Made by a program: the position numbers and the translations under genes. Source: Gammaproteobacteria bacterium (GTDB lineage: Bacteria; Pseudomonadota; Gammaproteobacteria; SZUA-152). From it: DNA of 64,000 nucleotides. The stretch lies in contig JAADGF010000068.1 in the NCBI GenBank assembly GCA_013152545.1, positions 27,400 to 91,399 on the forward strand, read 5' to 3'. This document shows, piece after piece, positions 19,257 to 30,137 of the stretch. The notes under the pieces were generated by a model. That model had not been told where the DNA came from. It worked only from the letters and a program-made list of their open reading frames with translations, and searched no databases. Positions within the stretch are counted from its first letter, which is position 1. Each line of letters starts with the position of its first letter.

Positions 19257-20264
19257 CTATAAGAGCGGAATATCAATACCAAGCAATCCCTCAACACCTC
19301 GCACAATTAGCTTTAAACTGGTCAGAATCAATAACGCGATTAACATATTGCGTACGAAGGAAGCCTTAACTTTCGCCAATATATGCGCACCAAGAATACC
19401 ACCGATGACCTGCCCAATCATCCAAGGTGCGGCAAACACCGCGATTAATGCCCCTTTCATAAAATAAGGCCAAATCGCTGCCGCATTGCCTATCGCCAAT
19501 AACACTCCACTGGATGCCGCTGACACTTTCAGTGGCACCGTCATCACCAAATTCAACACTGGCACAACCGCCCACCCTCCTCCGAGACCAAAAAAACCTC
19601 CAGTAAAGCCAACAATTAGGAATAAAATACTTCCAAGACCAGCCCGTGTAGCATGGTAATGAACTGTTTTTCCCAATGACTCTTCCCAATACCCTGACTT
19701 AAGCTTCAGTTTTTTACTGAGCTTATCGATTTTTTTAGGTTTGGGATACTCCGTGTTTGCACCACCCAAAATAAACATCAAGGCAATAAACACCAATATT
19801 CCGCCTAATAACAAACGCACAATCGCATCGCCTGTCTCACCCATATTTTCAGAAAGCTCAATGGCCACCTGAGACCCGGCCATGGCACCGATAATAATGG
19901 GAATAGCGCAATAAAACACGATACGTATATCCGCAAGACCTTTACGCATGAAGGGGCCCGAGGAAACCAAACCACTGAACATGGCGACAACTAATCCGGT
20001 GGATCGCACCAATAAGGTATCAATCGATGTAAAGCCCAGCATTACCGGGGTAAAAATAACCCCACCGCCAACCCCGCCCAATACGGCAACAATGGCGATA
20101 ATGGTGCTGAGCACAAACGAACCAATAACAATTGCCCAAGCCACCATTGGCGTTAACGTTTCAGTGCCAGACATTTGCGAAAATGCAGCCATGATGGTGT
20201 AGGCTAAAATTGTAACAAGAATTAGCAGCGTCAGTTCCGGAACCCGCTTGAGGAGCGCTGTCAT
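19257..20264 (-). CDS. TauE/SafE-family sulfite/sulfur-compound exporter
   Basis: Duplicated GVGGGVIFTP / GLGGGWAVVP motifs and about 9 TM helices. Confidence 0.85.
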   Translation of the reverse strand: MTALLKRVPELTLLILVTILAYTIMAAFSQMSGTETLTPMVAWAIVIGSFVLSTIIAIVAVLGGVGGGVIFTPVMLGFTSIDTLLVRSTGLVVAMFSGLVSSGPFMRKGLADIRIVFYCAIPIIIGAMAGSQVAIELSENMGETGDAIVRLLLGGILVFIALMFILGGANTEYPKPKKIDKLSKKLKLKSGYWEESLGKTVHYHATRAGLGSILFLIVGFTGGFFGLGGGWAVVPVLNLVMTVPLKVSAASSGVLLAIGNAAAIWPYFMKGALIAVFAAPWMIGQVIGGILGAHILAKVKASFVRNMLIALLILTSLKLIVRGVEGLLGIDIPLL

Positions 20265-20300
20265 ATTATTTATTCCCCTCCATTATAATTAAGTTATTTT

Positions 20301-20450
20301 GTAACGACTCAGCTTACCTTTTATTTGTGCTATTACTACATTGAAAGTTGCGTTAAAATCACTCATTACATCAATAAACGCTACGCTTTTCTTTGTTTTC
20401 GAACCAATCAAAAGTACCTGAACATCTAAAAAATAAGACTGAGTAGTTAC
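20301..20450. mobile_element. MITE family C (150 bp)
   Basis: TIRs GTAACGACTCAG ... CTGAGTAGTTAC. The same termini occur at 30090, 49300 and 55321. Confidence 0.65.
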
Positions 20451-20575
20451 GTTATTTTTTAAAATATTAAACCACCCAGTATCCGATACAAATAAATCAG
20501 TGGAGTTCACTTTGTTCATTGCTATCACTGAGTTAATACCCTTATTCATACGCCAACGCTGAAACAGTTAACGGC

Positions 20576-20608
20576 CTAGGGAGGAGCCTGTCCGAGAATA
20601 GAAAGCCT
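20576..20608 (+). mobile_element. MITE family B left end only
   Basis: CTAG...GGAGCCTGTCCGAGAATAGAAAGCCT. Confidence 0.65.
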
Positions 20609-20670
20609 GCACTTTAGGACTTGCATGTAAATCAATCACTACATGAGATTGGCCGTTGATGATTCAAAGA

Positions 20671-21597
20671 CTAACCACCAATGCACACAGCAGGTTTAAC
20701 CGTTTTTGCATCCAAGTGGGGAGCAAACAACTGTATAAATTGGTAGACATAGGAGCGTAAAAAACTATTTTTACGCAACCCCAGCCAGGTAGTGCTGGGG
20801 TTGAACAAATGGCTCAGATCCACCATTCGGAGTGAGCGATCTTTTTTCGGGTCAAACGCCATCCTCGCCACCAAGCCAATCCCCAACCCTAATTCAACGT
20901 AGGTTTTAATAATATCAGAATCCAGTGCTGTAAAAACTATGTTAGGGCTTATGCCTGCACTCTCAAACGTCTCGCTGACTAACGTTCTACCCGCAAAAGC
21001 AAAATCGTAAGTAATCAGTGGATATTCCGCCAACTGCGATAATGTTATTTTTTTCTTCCGCAATAATGGATGTTTGGGCAACATCAAAGCACAACGATTC
21101 CATTTGTAACAAGGTAAAGCAACAAGTTCTTTGGTATGCGATACGGCCTCTGTGGCAATAACAATATCGGCCTCCCCCTCAACAACCATGTCAACGATTT
21201 CTTCGGGGTAACCTTGCTTTAAAGATAATTTAACGTCTGGAAATTTTTTCAAAAACGTTTTAATCACCTCAGGCAAAGCATACCGCGCTTGTGTATGCGT
21301 CGTGGCGATTCTTAGGATACCTGATTGCTTATTTTTATATTCATTGCCGATTTGCTTGATACTATTCACTTCTCTCAGAATATTACCGGCACAAGATAAA
21401 ATCTCCTTACCAGCTGGTGTTATTTGCGTCAACCGTTTTCCCTCACGCAAAAAAATAGGCACACCCACCTCATCCTCCAAAAGACGAATCTGTTTACTCA
21501 CGCCCGGTTGTGACGTATAAAGCGCATCCGCCGCATCAGATACATTTAAATCGCGGTTAGCAACTTCGTAAATATAACGCAATTGGTGTAGCTTCAT
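20671..21597 (-). CDS. cysB: LysR-family regulator CysB/Cbl
   Basis: MKLHQLRY...LYTSQPGVSKQIRLLE, IATTHTQARYALP and DIIKTYVELGLG. Confidence 0.93.
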   Translation of the reverse strand: MKLHQLRYIYEVANRDLNVSDAADALYTSQPGVSKQIRLLEDEVGVPIFLREGKRLTQITPAGKEILSCAGNILREVNSIKQIGNEYKNKQSGILRIATTHTQARYALPEVIKTFLKKFPDVKLSLKQGYPEEIVDMVVEGEADIVIATEAVSHTKELVALPCYKWNRCALMLPKHPLLRKKKITLSQLAEYPLITYDFAFAGRTLVSETFESAGISPNIVFTALDSDIIKTYVELGLGIGLVARMAFDPKKDRSLRMVDLSHLFNPSTTWLGLRKNSFLRSYVYQFIQLFAPHLDAKTVKPAVCIGG

Positions 21598-21928
21598 GTC
21601 GCCTCCATATGGCGATTAGTTCTAATTTCAATTTTTTTTATTCTGTTTGATTCTAAGCTAATAATAGCAAACCGTGCAATAAAATACGCACCAATAAACC
21701 TTATAATTCAAAATTAACTCAAAAATTACGCACAATTGCTCCGAACCTACCGAGCACCACACAAACAACAGCGAGAACTTGGTGCCACGACAAACAAGCA
21801 AAGGCCATCACACCTTATTCTCGCGTCATATTAATGCGCAAGATGATATAAAAATATTCAATATAACAATACGTTACTATTTTTTTACTGCCACAGTTCA
21901 AACCTTTAGTTTTGCGTCCGATAAGTAT

Positions 21929-22165
21929 CTAGGAGGCTGTCCGAGAATAGACTAACCGACTACCGACAAATTTGATGGACCCGTTTTATGAGCATGTTCG
22001 TTTTAGCGCTCACTGATTCGTTCTAAATGATCATAAAAACGAGCCTATCAGCCTTGATCGCATAACGATCACTAAAGGCGTGTTTTCAATTATTCTGGCA
22101 GCTATTCTAGTCTTGCTGGATAAAAAAAGAGCGTCAGCAGGCATGCAAGAATAATTGAGAACACC
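21929..22165. mobile_element. Tandem MITEs: family B-type end plus an internally deleted B' element
   Basis: CTAGGAGGCTGTCCGAGAATAG at 21929. GGCGTGTTTTCAATTATTCT...AGAATAATTGAGAACACC at about 22077-22165 matches the 23400 element. Confidence 0.65.
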
Positions 22166-22197
22166 TTGAGTAATAAACTATTTTTTGGGAAAAAAAT

Positions 22198-23403
22198 TTG
22201 ACGCAGATAATGGAAACCACACACGGTCCAATTACCCCAGATCCGCTATCAGACACGCCTGTAAAAACGAAGCCACGTGTATTGATCATTGATGACTCCC
22301 GCTTAGTACGCATTTCAATTAAAAAAGTACTAATGGAAGAATTCGATATTATTGAGGCAGTTGATGGCGAAGAAGGTTGGGAAAAACTCCTAGAGGACAC
22401 GCAAGTGCAAGTGGTCATTACCGACCAGGGCATGCCGAAACTAGACGGTTTTGGCCTCATTGAGCGTATCCGTAACACGGATGCTGCCCGTATTAATGAA
22501 ATCCCCATTATGATGGTTACCGGAGCAGAGAAAGAACATACACACCTTCGTGAAAAGGCATTAAGACTTGGTGCAACAGATTTCATCACAAAACCCTTCG
22601 ATAAAACCCAATTATTAGCCCGTGCCCGTAGCCATGCAAAACTGGATCAAACAAAACGCAACCTTGATGAAACCGAAGAAGCACTCAATAAACAATCCGC
22701 CATTGATCCGCTCACTAAAGTGCACAACGAGCGCTATTTCAAACAACGCGGTGAACAAGCAATCTCATTCGCTAATAGACATCGCCAGGAACTTTCGTTA
22801 TTTAATATTGAAATTGATAAATTCGAAGAAATCAGATCTACCTACGGTCAAGAGACTGCCAACCAAATCCTCATCTGGATCGCAGATATTATAAAAGATA
22901 CCCTAAGAAAAGAAGACACCCTGGCACGCGTTGGGCAATCATGCTTTGCAATTCTTACCCCTGCGGCAGGGCGTATGGATGCTGCCGTGTTATGTGAACG
23001 TATCCGCAAGCGCATCGTCGAAACAGAATATAATAAAACTGTCATTTCCCTAAAACTAACAGTCAGCATCGGTCTCTCCACGTTACGCCGTGATCGCACT
23101 AATAACATAAACGAATTTTATGGGTTTGCTAACAACCGTTTGAACAGCGCTATACAAACTGGCGGTAACCGTGTAGTCGCATGCGACCAAAAAACAGCAC
23201 CGCAACCACCCAGCACCAAAAAGAAATTACTAAGCCTGGATTCTGTGATGAAGGTCTTTCGGAGTGGTAAACTAAACCTGTTAACGCCACACCTGAATGA
23301 CATTGCCAATAACTTAATGCCATTACTTGATTTGTGCAACAAAAAACTGAAGTGGGGATTGGACACCGAGATCCAACGTATTAAAAATAAAATAAATGAC
23401 TAG
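22198..23403 (+). CDS. REC + degenerate GGDEF response regulator (PleD-like)
   Basis: LIIDDS, ITDQGMP and FITKP are intact. The GGDEF site reads GQSCF, while the I-site RKED is retained. Confidence 0.88.
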   Translation: MTQIMETTHGPITPDPLSDTPVKTKPRVLIIDDSRLVRISIKKVLMEEFDIIEAVDGEEGWEKLLEDTQVQVVITDQGMPKLDGFGLIERIRNTDAARINEIPIMMVTGAEKEHTHLREKALRLGATDFITKPFDKTQLLARARSHAKLDQTKRNLDETEEALNKQSAIDPLTKVHNERYFKQRGEQAISFANRHRQELSLFNIEIDKFEEIRSTYGQETANQILIWIADIIKDTLRKEDTLARVGQSCFAILTPAAGRMDAAVLCERIRKRIVETEYNKTVISLKLTVSIGLSTLRRDRTNNINEFYGFANNRLNSAIQTGGNRVVACDQKTAPQPPSTKKKLLSLDSVMKVFRSGKLNLLTPHLNDIANNLMPLLDLCNKKLKWGLDTEIQRIKNKIND

Positions 23404-23600
23404 GGGGTGTTCTCAATCATTCTGGCGCTTTTTTAGGTGCAACCCGAAGGGCCGAGCTCATTTTTTCACCCAGCGGCGTTGTCGCTTGTTTATGTGGAAT
23501 AACCACACGACACTCGCTCCGCCTTGCTGGATAAAAAAATGAGCTCGGCAGGCGTGCAAAAATGATTGAGAACACCCCCTAGGAGCCTGTCCGAGATAAG
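23400..23600. mobile_element. Full-length MITE B' (23400-23582) followed by a family B left end sharing the CTAG
   Basis: Perfect 22 bp inverted repeat CTAGGGGGTGTTCTCAATCATT / AATGATTGAGAACACCCCCTAG, then GAGCCTGTCCGAGATAAG. Confidence 0.85.
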
Positions 23601-23661
23601 TGTAGTAAATTGATATTCCTTAGACTTACTGAACGACGACTTACACACTAGCGGCTTGTCA

Positions 23662-26244
23662 TTAACCCGCCACTTTGTTTGCAGCGTCGCCCTGATCCAG
23701 CATCGTGGCGCTTGGTTCGGCTATATAATAGCCCTGCACATAGTCTACCCCCACTTGTTTGAGTTGCTTGAGAATTTCTGCATTCTCCACAAACTCAGCC
23801 ACTGTCCGCTTCCCAACCGTATGTGCGATCTGTACGATTGAACTAATGATGGCTTTGTCTACTGTGTCATGCATCATACCCTGAATGAAAATACCATCGA
23901 TTTTAATTTCATCGACAGGTAAAAATTTAAGGTGTGAAAATGAACAAAATCCGCTGCCAAAATCATCCAATGCAAACTGATACCCTAAGTCCCTCAGTTT
24001 GGAAATAAACGCATTGGCCGCTTCCAGGTTGGCGATTGCCGATGTTTCGGTAATTTCGAACAGCAGCGATCCGGGGCTCACTGCATACTGTTGTGATATG
24101 TTATGAATGTATGCAGCTAGGTTCTCATCCTCCAGGGTTTGTCCCGACAAATTAATGGACAAACACATATGCGCGCCATTATTGTCTTGTACTGCCAAGG
24201 ACTGGATAGCGCGTTTGATAACCCATCGATCAATCGCCGCCATCATATTGAACCGTTCTGCGGTGGGTAAAAACGCATCCGGCCTAATTAACTGGCCACG
24301 GGAATCCTGTAATCGTAATAACACCTCATAGTGATATATACCATCAATGGTTGGTCGGTTAGATACCTGTTCCCATATTTTCCCGTCCTCCTGGGGAAGC
24401 GCATTGATATCCAAATCTGCCAACGCAACAATCGGCTGAAAATTAAGTACAAACTGATTCTGCTCCAGCGCGTCATGCAACCTAGCGGACCAACCTAGCT
24501 CTATGTCCATCGCCGCTTTTTCATCGCTTTCAGGGCTAAAGATATGGGTCTGGTTTCTCCCTTTTCCTTTTGCAATAAAACAGGCAATATCGGCGTTCGC
24601 CAACACTTCACCTGACGACTTTATGCCGTCATCAATGAAGGCCACTCCGATGCTGACATTAATTTTATACGTCTTTCCAGAATAATTGAATCGATAAGTA
24701 TCCAGTACTTCACGAAATTTATCAGCCGCAGTAAAGGCTGATGCTGAATCAATGTTGCGCATAATAATGGCAAACTCATCACCACCAATGCGAGCCAAAC
24801 TATCCGCTGCCCGCAGCTTACCAAGCAGTTGCTTACCGACAGCAATCAATAACTTATCGCCAGCATTATGCCCCGCTGTATCATTAAGATATTTAAAGCG
24901 GTCAAGATCCAAATAAAGCAAACAACTGGATTCCTTGCTACGCTTAAGTCGTTTAACTTCTTTTAATAACTGCGTTTCGAAATAGCTTCGGTTGGGCAAC
25001 TTTGTTAGTGGGTCATGGGTGGCTTGCCATTTTAATTCTTCCAGTAATAACCGACGTTCAGTGACATCGCGGAAAGCAACAACCGAACCGTGCAGATTTT
25101 TATCCAGATACAAGGGATATACCGTGCATTCAACCGGTATAAAATTTCTGTCTGCATGAATAAACATGGTTGCCCAGGCACGAAACTGTTTACCATTCTG
25201 GTAAGCTTTCTGTAACTGACAACTTGCAATAGGATTCGATGTGCCATCTTCCAAAGTATGATGAAACAGCTGATGTGCCGACTGACCAATCATTTTATCG
25301 GAATCCGAATAACCAAGAATTTCTTTAGCCGCCGGGTTTATAAAAGTAATCAAGCCCTGGCGATCCACACCATAGACCCCATCACCCACGGATGTCAAAA
25401 TACCCTCAAGACGTTTATGGTCATTTTGCACGTTACGCATGGCGTTAATAGAACGGCTCATGGCATCAATGCGCGAAAGAAACAACTCTTTGGCCTCATT
25501 TTTAAACATGCACTCCACCGCACCTGCACCAAGAGAACCTATTATCGCTTTATCTGAATACGTACCAGTAATAATCGCGGTGGTAATATGGTTAGTATCA
25601 GGGTTATCCCGAATCATACGGCATAAGGTATCCCCTGTTCCATCTGGCATATAATAGTCAATAATGCCGATATCGTAATAATTGGCAACCGCCTTTTCCA
25701 TGCCTTCTTCGACACACGAAGCGGTATCCGTAATATATCCAGCCTGGGTTAACAAACGTCGATAAGTAACGCGAACAGTAGGGGAGTCATCAACAAACAA
25801 AACCCGCATAGGGGTGGTTTCACCGTGCGCAATACTTTCCCAGTTGGATGCTGGTTGTTTATCGACGGTTAAAGAACTAATAGCATCAATGATTTCAGAA
25901 TAATTTTCCCACAAAACCAACGCTGTTTTACTGCGTTTTGTAACCCATGCCAGTTTGGCGGTATCGGCTTCATGCGACAGAACAATTACACTTAGGTTTT
26001 GGTATTGCGGCTCCTCAAGCGTAGCAAACAATTCGTCTGCAATATCATCGGTTTTAGCCGGCCACCCCAACAGTACAATATTGCACTCAAAATCATGCTC
26101 AATACGCGAAATTTTCGCAAAACCATTGGAAAAACTAGACACCTCAGTCACATCGTAACCACTGTTTTCCATCAGTTTTTTGGCGGCATGACGTAAAGTT
26201 GCCGACAACTCAATGAGCAAAACTTTTTTCAATATGCCCTCCAA
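23662..26244 (-). CDS. Pseudo-REC-REC-PAS-GGDEF-EAL hybrid
   Basis: FVDDS/IDYYMP receiver, PAS domain, RIGGDEF, EVLLR, DDFGSG and VAEFVE. Confidence 0.92.
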   Translation of the reverse strand: MEGILKKVLLIELSATLRHAAKKLMENSGYDVTEVSSFSNGFAKISRIEHDFECNIVLLGWPAKTDDIADELFATLEEPQYQNLSVIVLSHEADTAKLAWVTKRSKTALVLWENYSEIIDAISSLTVDKQPASNWESIAHGETTPMRVLFVDDSPTVRVTYRRLLTQAGYITDTASCVEEGMEKAVANYYDIGIIDYYMPDGTGDTLCRMIRDNPDTNHITTAIITGTYSDKAIIGSLGAGAVECMFKNEAKELFLSRIDAMSRSINAMRNVQNDHKRLEGILTSVGDGVYGVDRQGLITFINPAAKEILGYSDSDKMIGQSAHQLFHHTLEDGTSNPIASCQLQKAYQNGKQFRAWATMFIHADRNFIPVECTVYPLYLDKNLHGSVVAFRDVTERRLLLEELKWQATHDPLTKLPNRSYFETQLLKEVKRLKRSKESSCLLYLDLDRFKYLNDTAGHNAGDKLLIAVGKQLLGKLRAADSLARIGGDEFAIIMRNIDSASAFTAADKFREVLDTYRFNYSGKTYKINVSIGVAFIDDGIKSSGEVLANADIACFIAKGKGRNQTHIFSPESDEKAAMDIELGWSARLHDALEQNQFVLNFQPIVALADLDINALPQEDGKIWEQVSNRPTIDGIYHYEVLLRLQDSRGQLIRPDAFLPTAERFNMMAAIDRWVIKRAIQSLAVQDNNGAHMCLSINLSGQTLEDENLAAYIHNISQQYAVSPGSLLFEITETSAIANLEAANAFISKLRDLGYQFALDDFGSGFCSFSHLKFLPVDEIKIDGIFIQGMMHDTVDKAIISSIVQIAHTVGKRTVAEFVENAEILKQLKQVGVDYVQGYYIAEPSATMLDQGDAANKVAG

Positions 26245-26930
26245 AGTTAATTATTCATATTTTTCAATAAACTAAGCAATTGCCGCCAAGTTGATTACCG
26301 AATTATGACATCTAACCAGGATTTGTAGCTATTGTCTATTTCTCTAAGTATCGGCCAACAAACAGGGAAATTAAGCAGGCGACTGGAAATAGCATTGCTA
26401 ACTGATTATCAAAATTAAAATGATCAGTTCAGCAGTATGCTGTCTCACCTACCGCGACATAAACGATAGAAAACAATACTCAAGTTTATTGAGAACAATT
26501 AAGCATCGAAATAGGGTAAAGGCTTGCTCAACACCAAGGTTTTAACCGGGAAAACTCTAGTTAAAACAAAAAAATGTGCAATACATTGATCTTAATCGTA
26601 AATTAAAAAAACAACATAGTTATTGTGTGCACGTTCCTGATAAGCTGGTTATTGAATTTGTGAGGCACAGCAGCGTATTGTCGAGTTAATCATCTGATGC
26701 TACAACATGATCATTAATTAATCCGTTAGAAAAAATACGTGTGAAATCATTTGATAATACAGCGTCCAAATTTAACCGATGTTAGCCCGTCCTCCCTATG
26801 AATAGGAAAATTTGAATAGAAAATGAGAGTCAGCTTGGGGCAAAAACTAAGATATAAAACAGGGGTGTTATTACCTACCCATGCCTTATTGCGAATCCAT
26901 TCCTAAACATTATCCTATTCATGCCGAATA

Positions 26931-27033
26931 TATACCCATAGCGTTTGAAATTTAGGCATAATTGTACGCCCTGTTCATTCCGTCGCTGCATCATATATTC
27001 CTCATAATAGCCGACTATTTACTCGTCATTTCG
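26931..27033 (-). mobile_element. ERIC-like MITE family A, truncated
   Basis: TATACCCATAGCGTTTGAAATTTAGGCATAATTGTACGCCC..., matching the reverse complement of the right arm of the 46578-46740 copy. Confidence 0.75.
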
Positions 27034-27067
27034 GATGGAGTCAGCAGCGTTACCATGAACGTGAACA

Positions 27068-28315
27068 ATGATGAAGATAATGGTCGACCCAAAAAGTTTG
27101 AAAAAAGGCATGTACGTAGCCGAATTGGATCGACCGTGGTTGGATTCCCCCTTTTTATTTCAGGGTTTTCGAATCACTAACGCCGAAGAGCTTGCGCAAC
27201 TTGACGCAGTTTGTGAATATGTTTTTGTAGACGCTAAAAAAAGCGTTGTCCCAGTATCCAGTCAATTATCAATCGTCCCCACTAAATCAAAAAAACAAAC
27301 CAGCAGAGCCGCTAATTATATTAAACGAGCAGCACCCTATCAAACATCGTTTGAACAAGAGTATCCTCGCGCCAGAGAAATTTATAATATTACCTGCGAA
27401 AATGCCTCCAATTTTTACAATGATGCCAAGCTGGGTAAAAGTCTGCGAGTGGCAAGAATTAAACACACGGTAAGCTCATTAGTGGATAGCGTTATCCGTC
27501 ACCCCGATGCGTTAATGTTATTATCCTCATTGCAAGACAAAAGCGATCAAGCCGTTAGCCATGCGATCAATGTCTGCGCTTTATCTGTCACGTTTGGACG
27601 CTTCCTTGGTTTTAAGAAGCAGCAATTAATAGAATTGGGAGCGGGTGCTTTACTGCACGACATTGGTGAAACTAAAGTACCAGATAAGATATTACAGGAT
27701 TTCGCCAACTGTTCAACAGAAGAAATACAGCAGTACCAGGATCATACCACCTATGGCGCTGCAATTCTGTATAACAGCAAAGGATTACCCGACAGCGTAA
27801 TTTCTGTCGCAAGAGACCACCATGAACGTGCCAACGGCTCTGGCTACCCTCAACATTTACAATCCAGACAACTACACCCATACACTACAATTGTATCCAT
27901 TGTCGATGTCTATGATAGCATTACCAGCGACATGTACGGCAGGCCGCCTATGCCATGCACGGATGCACTTAAAAATATTTATGCCTGGAGAGAGGATTTT
28001 TTTGACAATTTACTAGTGGAAAAATTTATTCAATGCCTTGGCATATACCCTTTAGGCAGTGTGATTGAGCTCAAGTCAGGCCATATCGGTATCGTCATTT
28101 CCATCAACCCTCAAACTCGTTTATTACCCAAAGTTTTGCTGGTACGCGATCAGCACAAACAACCGATAGAACAACCTAAAATAATTAACTTGTCGTTATT
28201 TGTTAATAATAAAAACAAACACCATTATGAAATAGCACACGTTATCAAGGCGGAAGAGTACTCGATCAATGTCCGCCACTATTTATTACAAGAATTGCCG
28301 CTTCAGTCGATTTGA
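27068..28315 (+). CDS. HD-GYP phosphodiesterase with N-terminal DUF3391-like domain
   Basis: GMYVAELDRPWLDSPFLFQGF N-terminus, LLHDIG, HHERANGSGYP and GIYPLGS. Confidence 0.9.
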   Translation: MMKIMVDPKSLKKGMYVAELDRPWLDSPFLFQGFRITNAEELAQLDAVCEYVFVDAKKSVVPVSSQLSIVPTKSKKQTSRAANYIKRAAPYQTSFEQEYPRAREIYNITCENASNFYNDAKLGKSLRVARIKHTVSSLVDSVIRHPDALMLLSSLQDKSDQAVSHAINVCALSVTFGRFLGFKKQQLIELGAGALLHDIGETKVPDKILQDFANCSTEEIQQYQDHTTYGAAILYNSKGLPDSVISVARDHHERANGSGYPQHLQSRQLHPYTTIVSIVDVYDSITSDMYGRPPMPCTDALKNIYAWREDFFDNLLVEKFIQCLGIYPLGSVIELKSGHIGIVISINPQTRLLPKVLLVRDQHKQPIEQPKIINLSLFVNNKNKHHYEIAHVIKAEEYSINVRHYLLQELPLQSI

Positions 28316-28366
28316 TATTGATGAGAAATAGTTTATAACGTTCATTTTTTTTATTAAAAGAATTGA

Positions 28367-29872
28367 TTAAAATAGCTCACCAGCTTGCTGCTTTCCCTGA
28401 AAACCAACAACGTTACGGTGGCGTTCAGTTGTCCGCGGAGCTGCACCATATACTTGCAATGCAACAGATTTTCCTCGAATATTTTGTTTTCCAAAATTAA
28501 CAAAACGGCTCTTCATGTTATGACTAAGAAACTCATAAACATCCCCGGAAATGATGATTTTGTGATTAAGGCGTTTACTTAAACCATCCAACCGACTTGC
28601 CGTATTCACTGCATCACCAATAAAAGTATACTCAAACCGGTCTACTGAACCAATAGTACCCGCCGCTGCACGCCCTTTATGTACACCAATACCAATATCA
28701 AATGTTGTGCCGTCCCGCATTCTGGCTGAATTCGAATGCTGTAGAATATCCCACGCGGCATCAACCGCCTGCTCAACGTAACCTGTTTCACGCCCAACAC
28801 CGAACACCGCCAAAATGGCATCTCCCATAAATTTATTCACTATGCCATTATGCTCCGCCACTACGTCCGCTATTTTAGTAAAATAAGCATTCAAGAAAAA
28901 AATCACCTCTTCGGGGGGGGTGTTTTCAGCATAAGTGGTAAATTTCCGTAAATCACAAAATAGTATTGCGATCTCATGTTCTTCACCCTGTTTAAGTGCA
29001 GCAGCGTTACCGTTAAGCAGCTTATTCATAATATCAGGGCTGACGATACGCTCCAGAGTCTTTTGAATTTTGTCTTTATCCCGCAGTTCTTCGATCATTT
29101 TATTGGTTTGTTGTGCAATAATACCAAATTCATCACGCGTTAATACCGGTATATTATCATTGAAATCTCCACGTTGAACTTTGCGTAATATATCCATTTG
29201 TCGACCAAACAAGTTTTGCACATTCAGGGAGTATGAAAAAATAACGCGTGTTGTCAGGCTCACAACAATCCCTAATATAAACAAAGTATCCACAAGAAAG
29301 TTTTGGCGTACATCCACGGTCTTATTTACCAGTGTGTCGGCACTAATACTCATGTAACTGTAAGCCGACAAAGCCACTGCGATCGCAACAAACAACACCG
29401 TTAAACTCAGGAAGATATTCAAGCGATGGGCGATCGATACTGTTTTTTCTTGCAATTCAGTTTTAGCTTCCTGTTGGCTAAAACACTTCCTTACTCGGTG
29501 TAGGGCACTATCAATACTGGCAAAATAGCCAATTATCATTGTCCAGATAAAAATTTTCATTGATAACAATAACGTGGATTCTTGGAATACTATTTGTAAC
29601 ACCACAATTGCTATCGCAGCCACACCAAACAACACAAGGTCCAACAACAATTGTCGTTTCGACTGATCAATAGCGCGTTGATTGATCACCACCAATGCTT
29701 CCAGCTTTTCACGGATTATGCGTAATAGAACAAAAGGTAATGCAACTAACAACACAAGAAAAAAACCGGAATCCATCAAGTGGGTATCAAAACTTCGAAA
29801 TGCAAATACACACAACACAATCACGCTGAGTAGATAATAGGCGGATATTTGAAATTTACTGGTTATATTCAT
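28367..29872 (-). CDS. Membrane class III adenylate/guanylate cyclase with HAMP domain
   Basis: 6 TM helices, HAMP (RDEFG), LFCDLRKFT, KFMGDAIL and IGDAVNTASRL. The Lys in KFMGD suggests ATP specificity. Confidence 0.9.
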   Translation of the reverse strand: MNITSKFQISAYYLLSVIVLCVFAFRSFDTHLMDSGFFLVLLVALPFVLLRIIREKLEALVVINQRAIDQSKRQLLLDLVLFGVAAIAIVVLQIVFQESTLLLSMKIFIWTMIIGYFASIDSALHRVRKCFSQQEAKTELQEKTVSIAHRLNIFLSLTVLFVAIAVALSAYSYMSISADTLVNKTVDVRQNFLVDTLFILGIVVSLTTRVIFSYSLNVQNLFGRQMDILRKVQRGDFNDNIPVLTRDEFGIIAQQTNKMIEELRDKDKIQKTLERIVSPDIMNKLLNGNAAALKQGEEHEIAILFCDLRKFTTYAENTPPEEVIFFLNAYFTKIADVVAEHNGIVNKFMGDAILAVFGVGRETGYVEQAVDAAWDILQHSNSARMRDGTTFDIGIGVHKGRAAAGTIGSVDRFEYTFIGDAVNTASRLDGLSKRLNHKIIISGDVYEFLSHNMKSRFVNFGKQNIRGKSVALQVYGAAPRTTERHRNVVGFQGKQQAGELF

Positions 29873-30089
29873 ACTACGATTCGGTTAATGCTATTATTTT
29901 CCCCATAAAGTATTTCGCCCACAAACACTTTATTTTTAATACTAACACCTAAATATTATTGTGATGCAGTACCGCAAATACCCCAGAACGTTGTCATTCT
30001 GTGACTTGATTCACTCTGTTTCGAGAATAATCGTGGGACTGGCAACTATTTTCAACCTAAAGTCATCAATTGAACAGCATATACAGCGC

Positions 30090-30105
30090 TAAGCTGAGTC
30101 GTTAC
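30090..30105. repeat. Isolated family C terminus
   Basis: TAAGCTGAGTCGTTAC is the exact reverse complement of the 20301 terminus. Confidence 0.5.
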
Positions 30106-30137
30106 GTGAGCATTACGAACTTAAAGTGTTTGTGAAC

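Noticed and set aside
20289-20549. 86 aa ORF between tauE and cysB
   Set aside because: It largely overlaps a family C MITE and has no recognisable motif.
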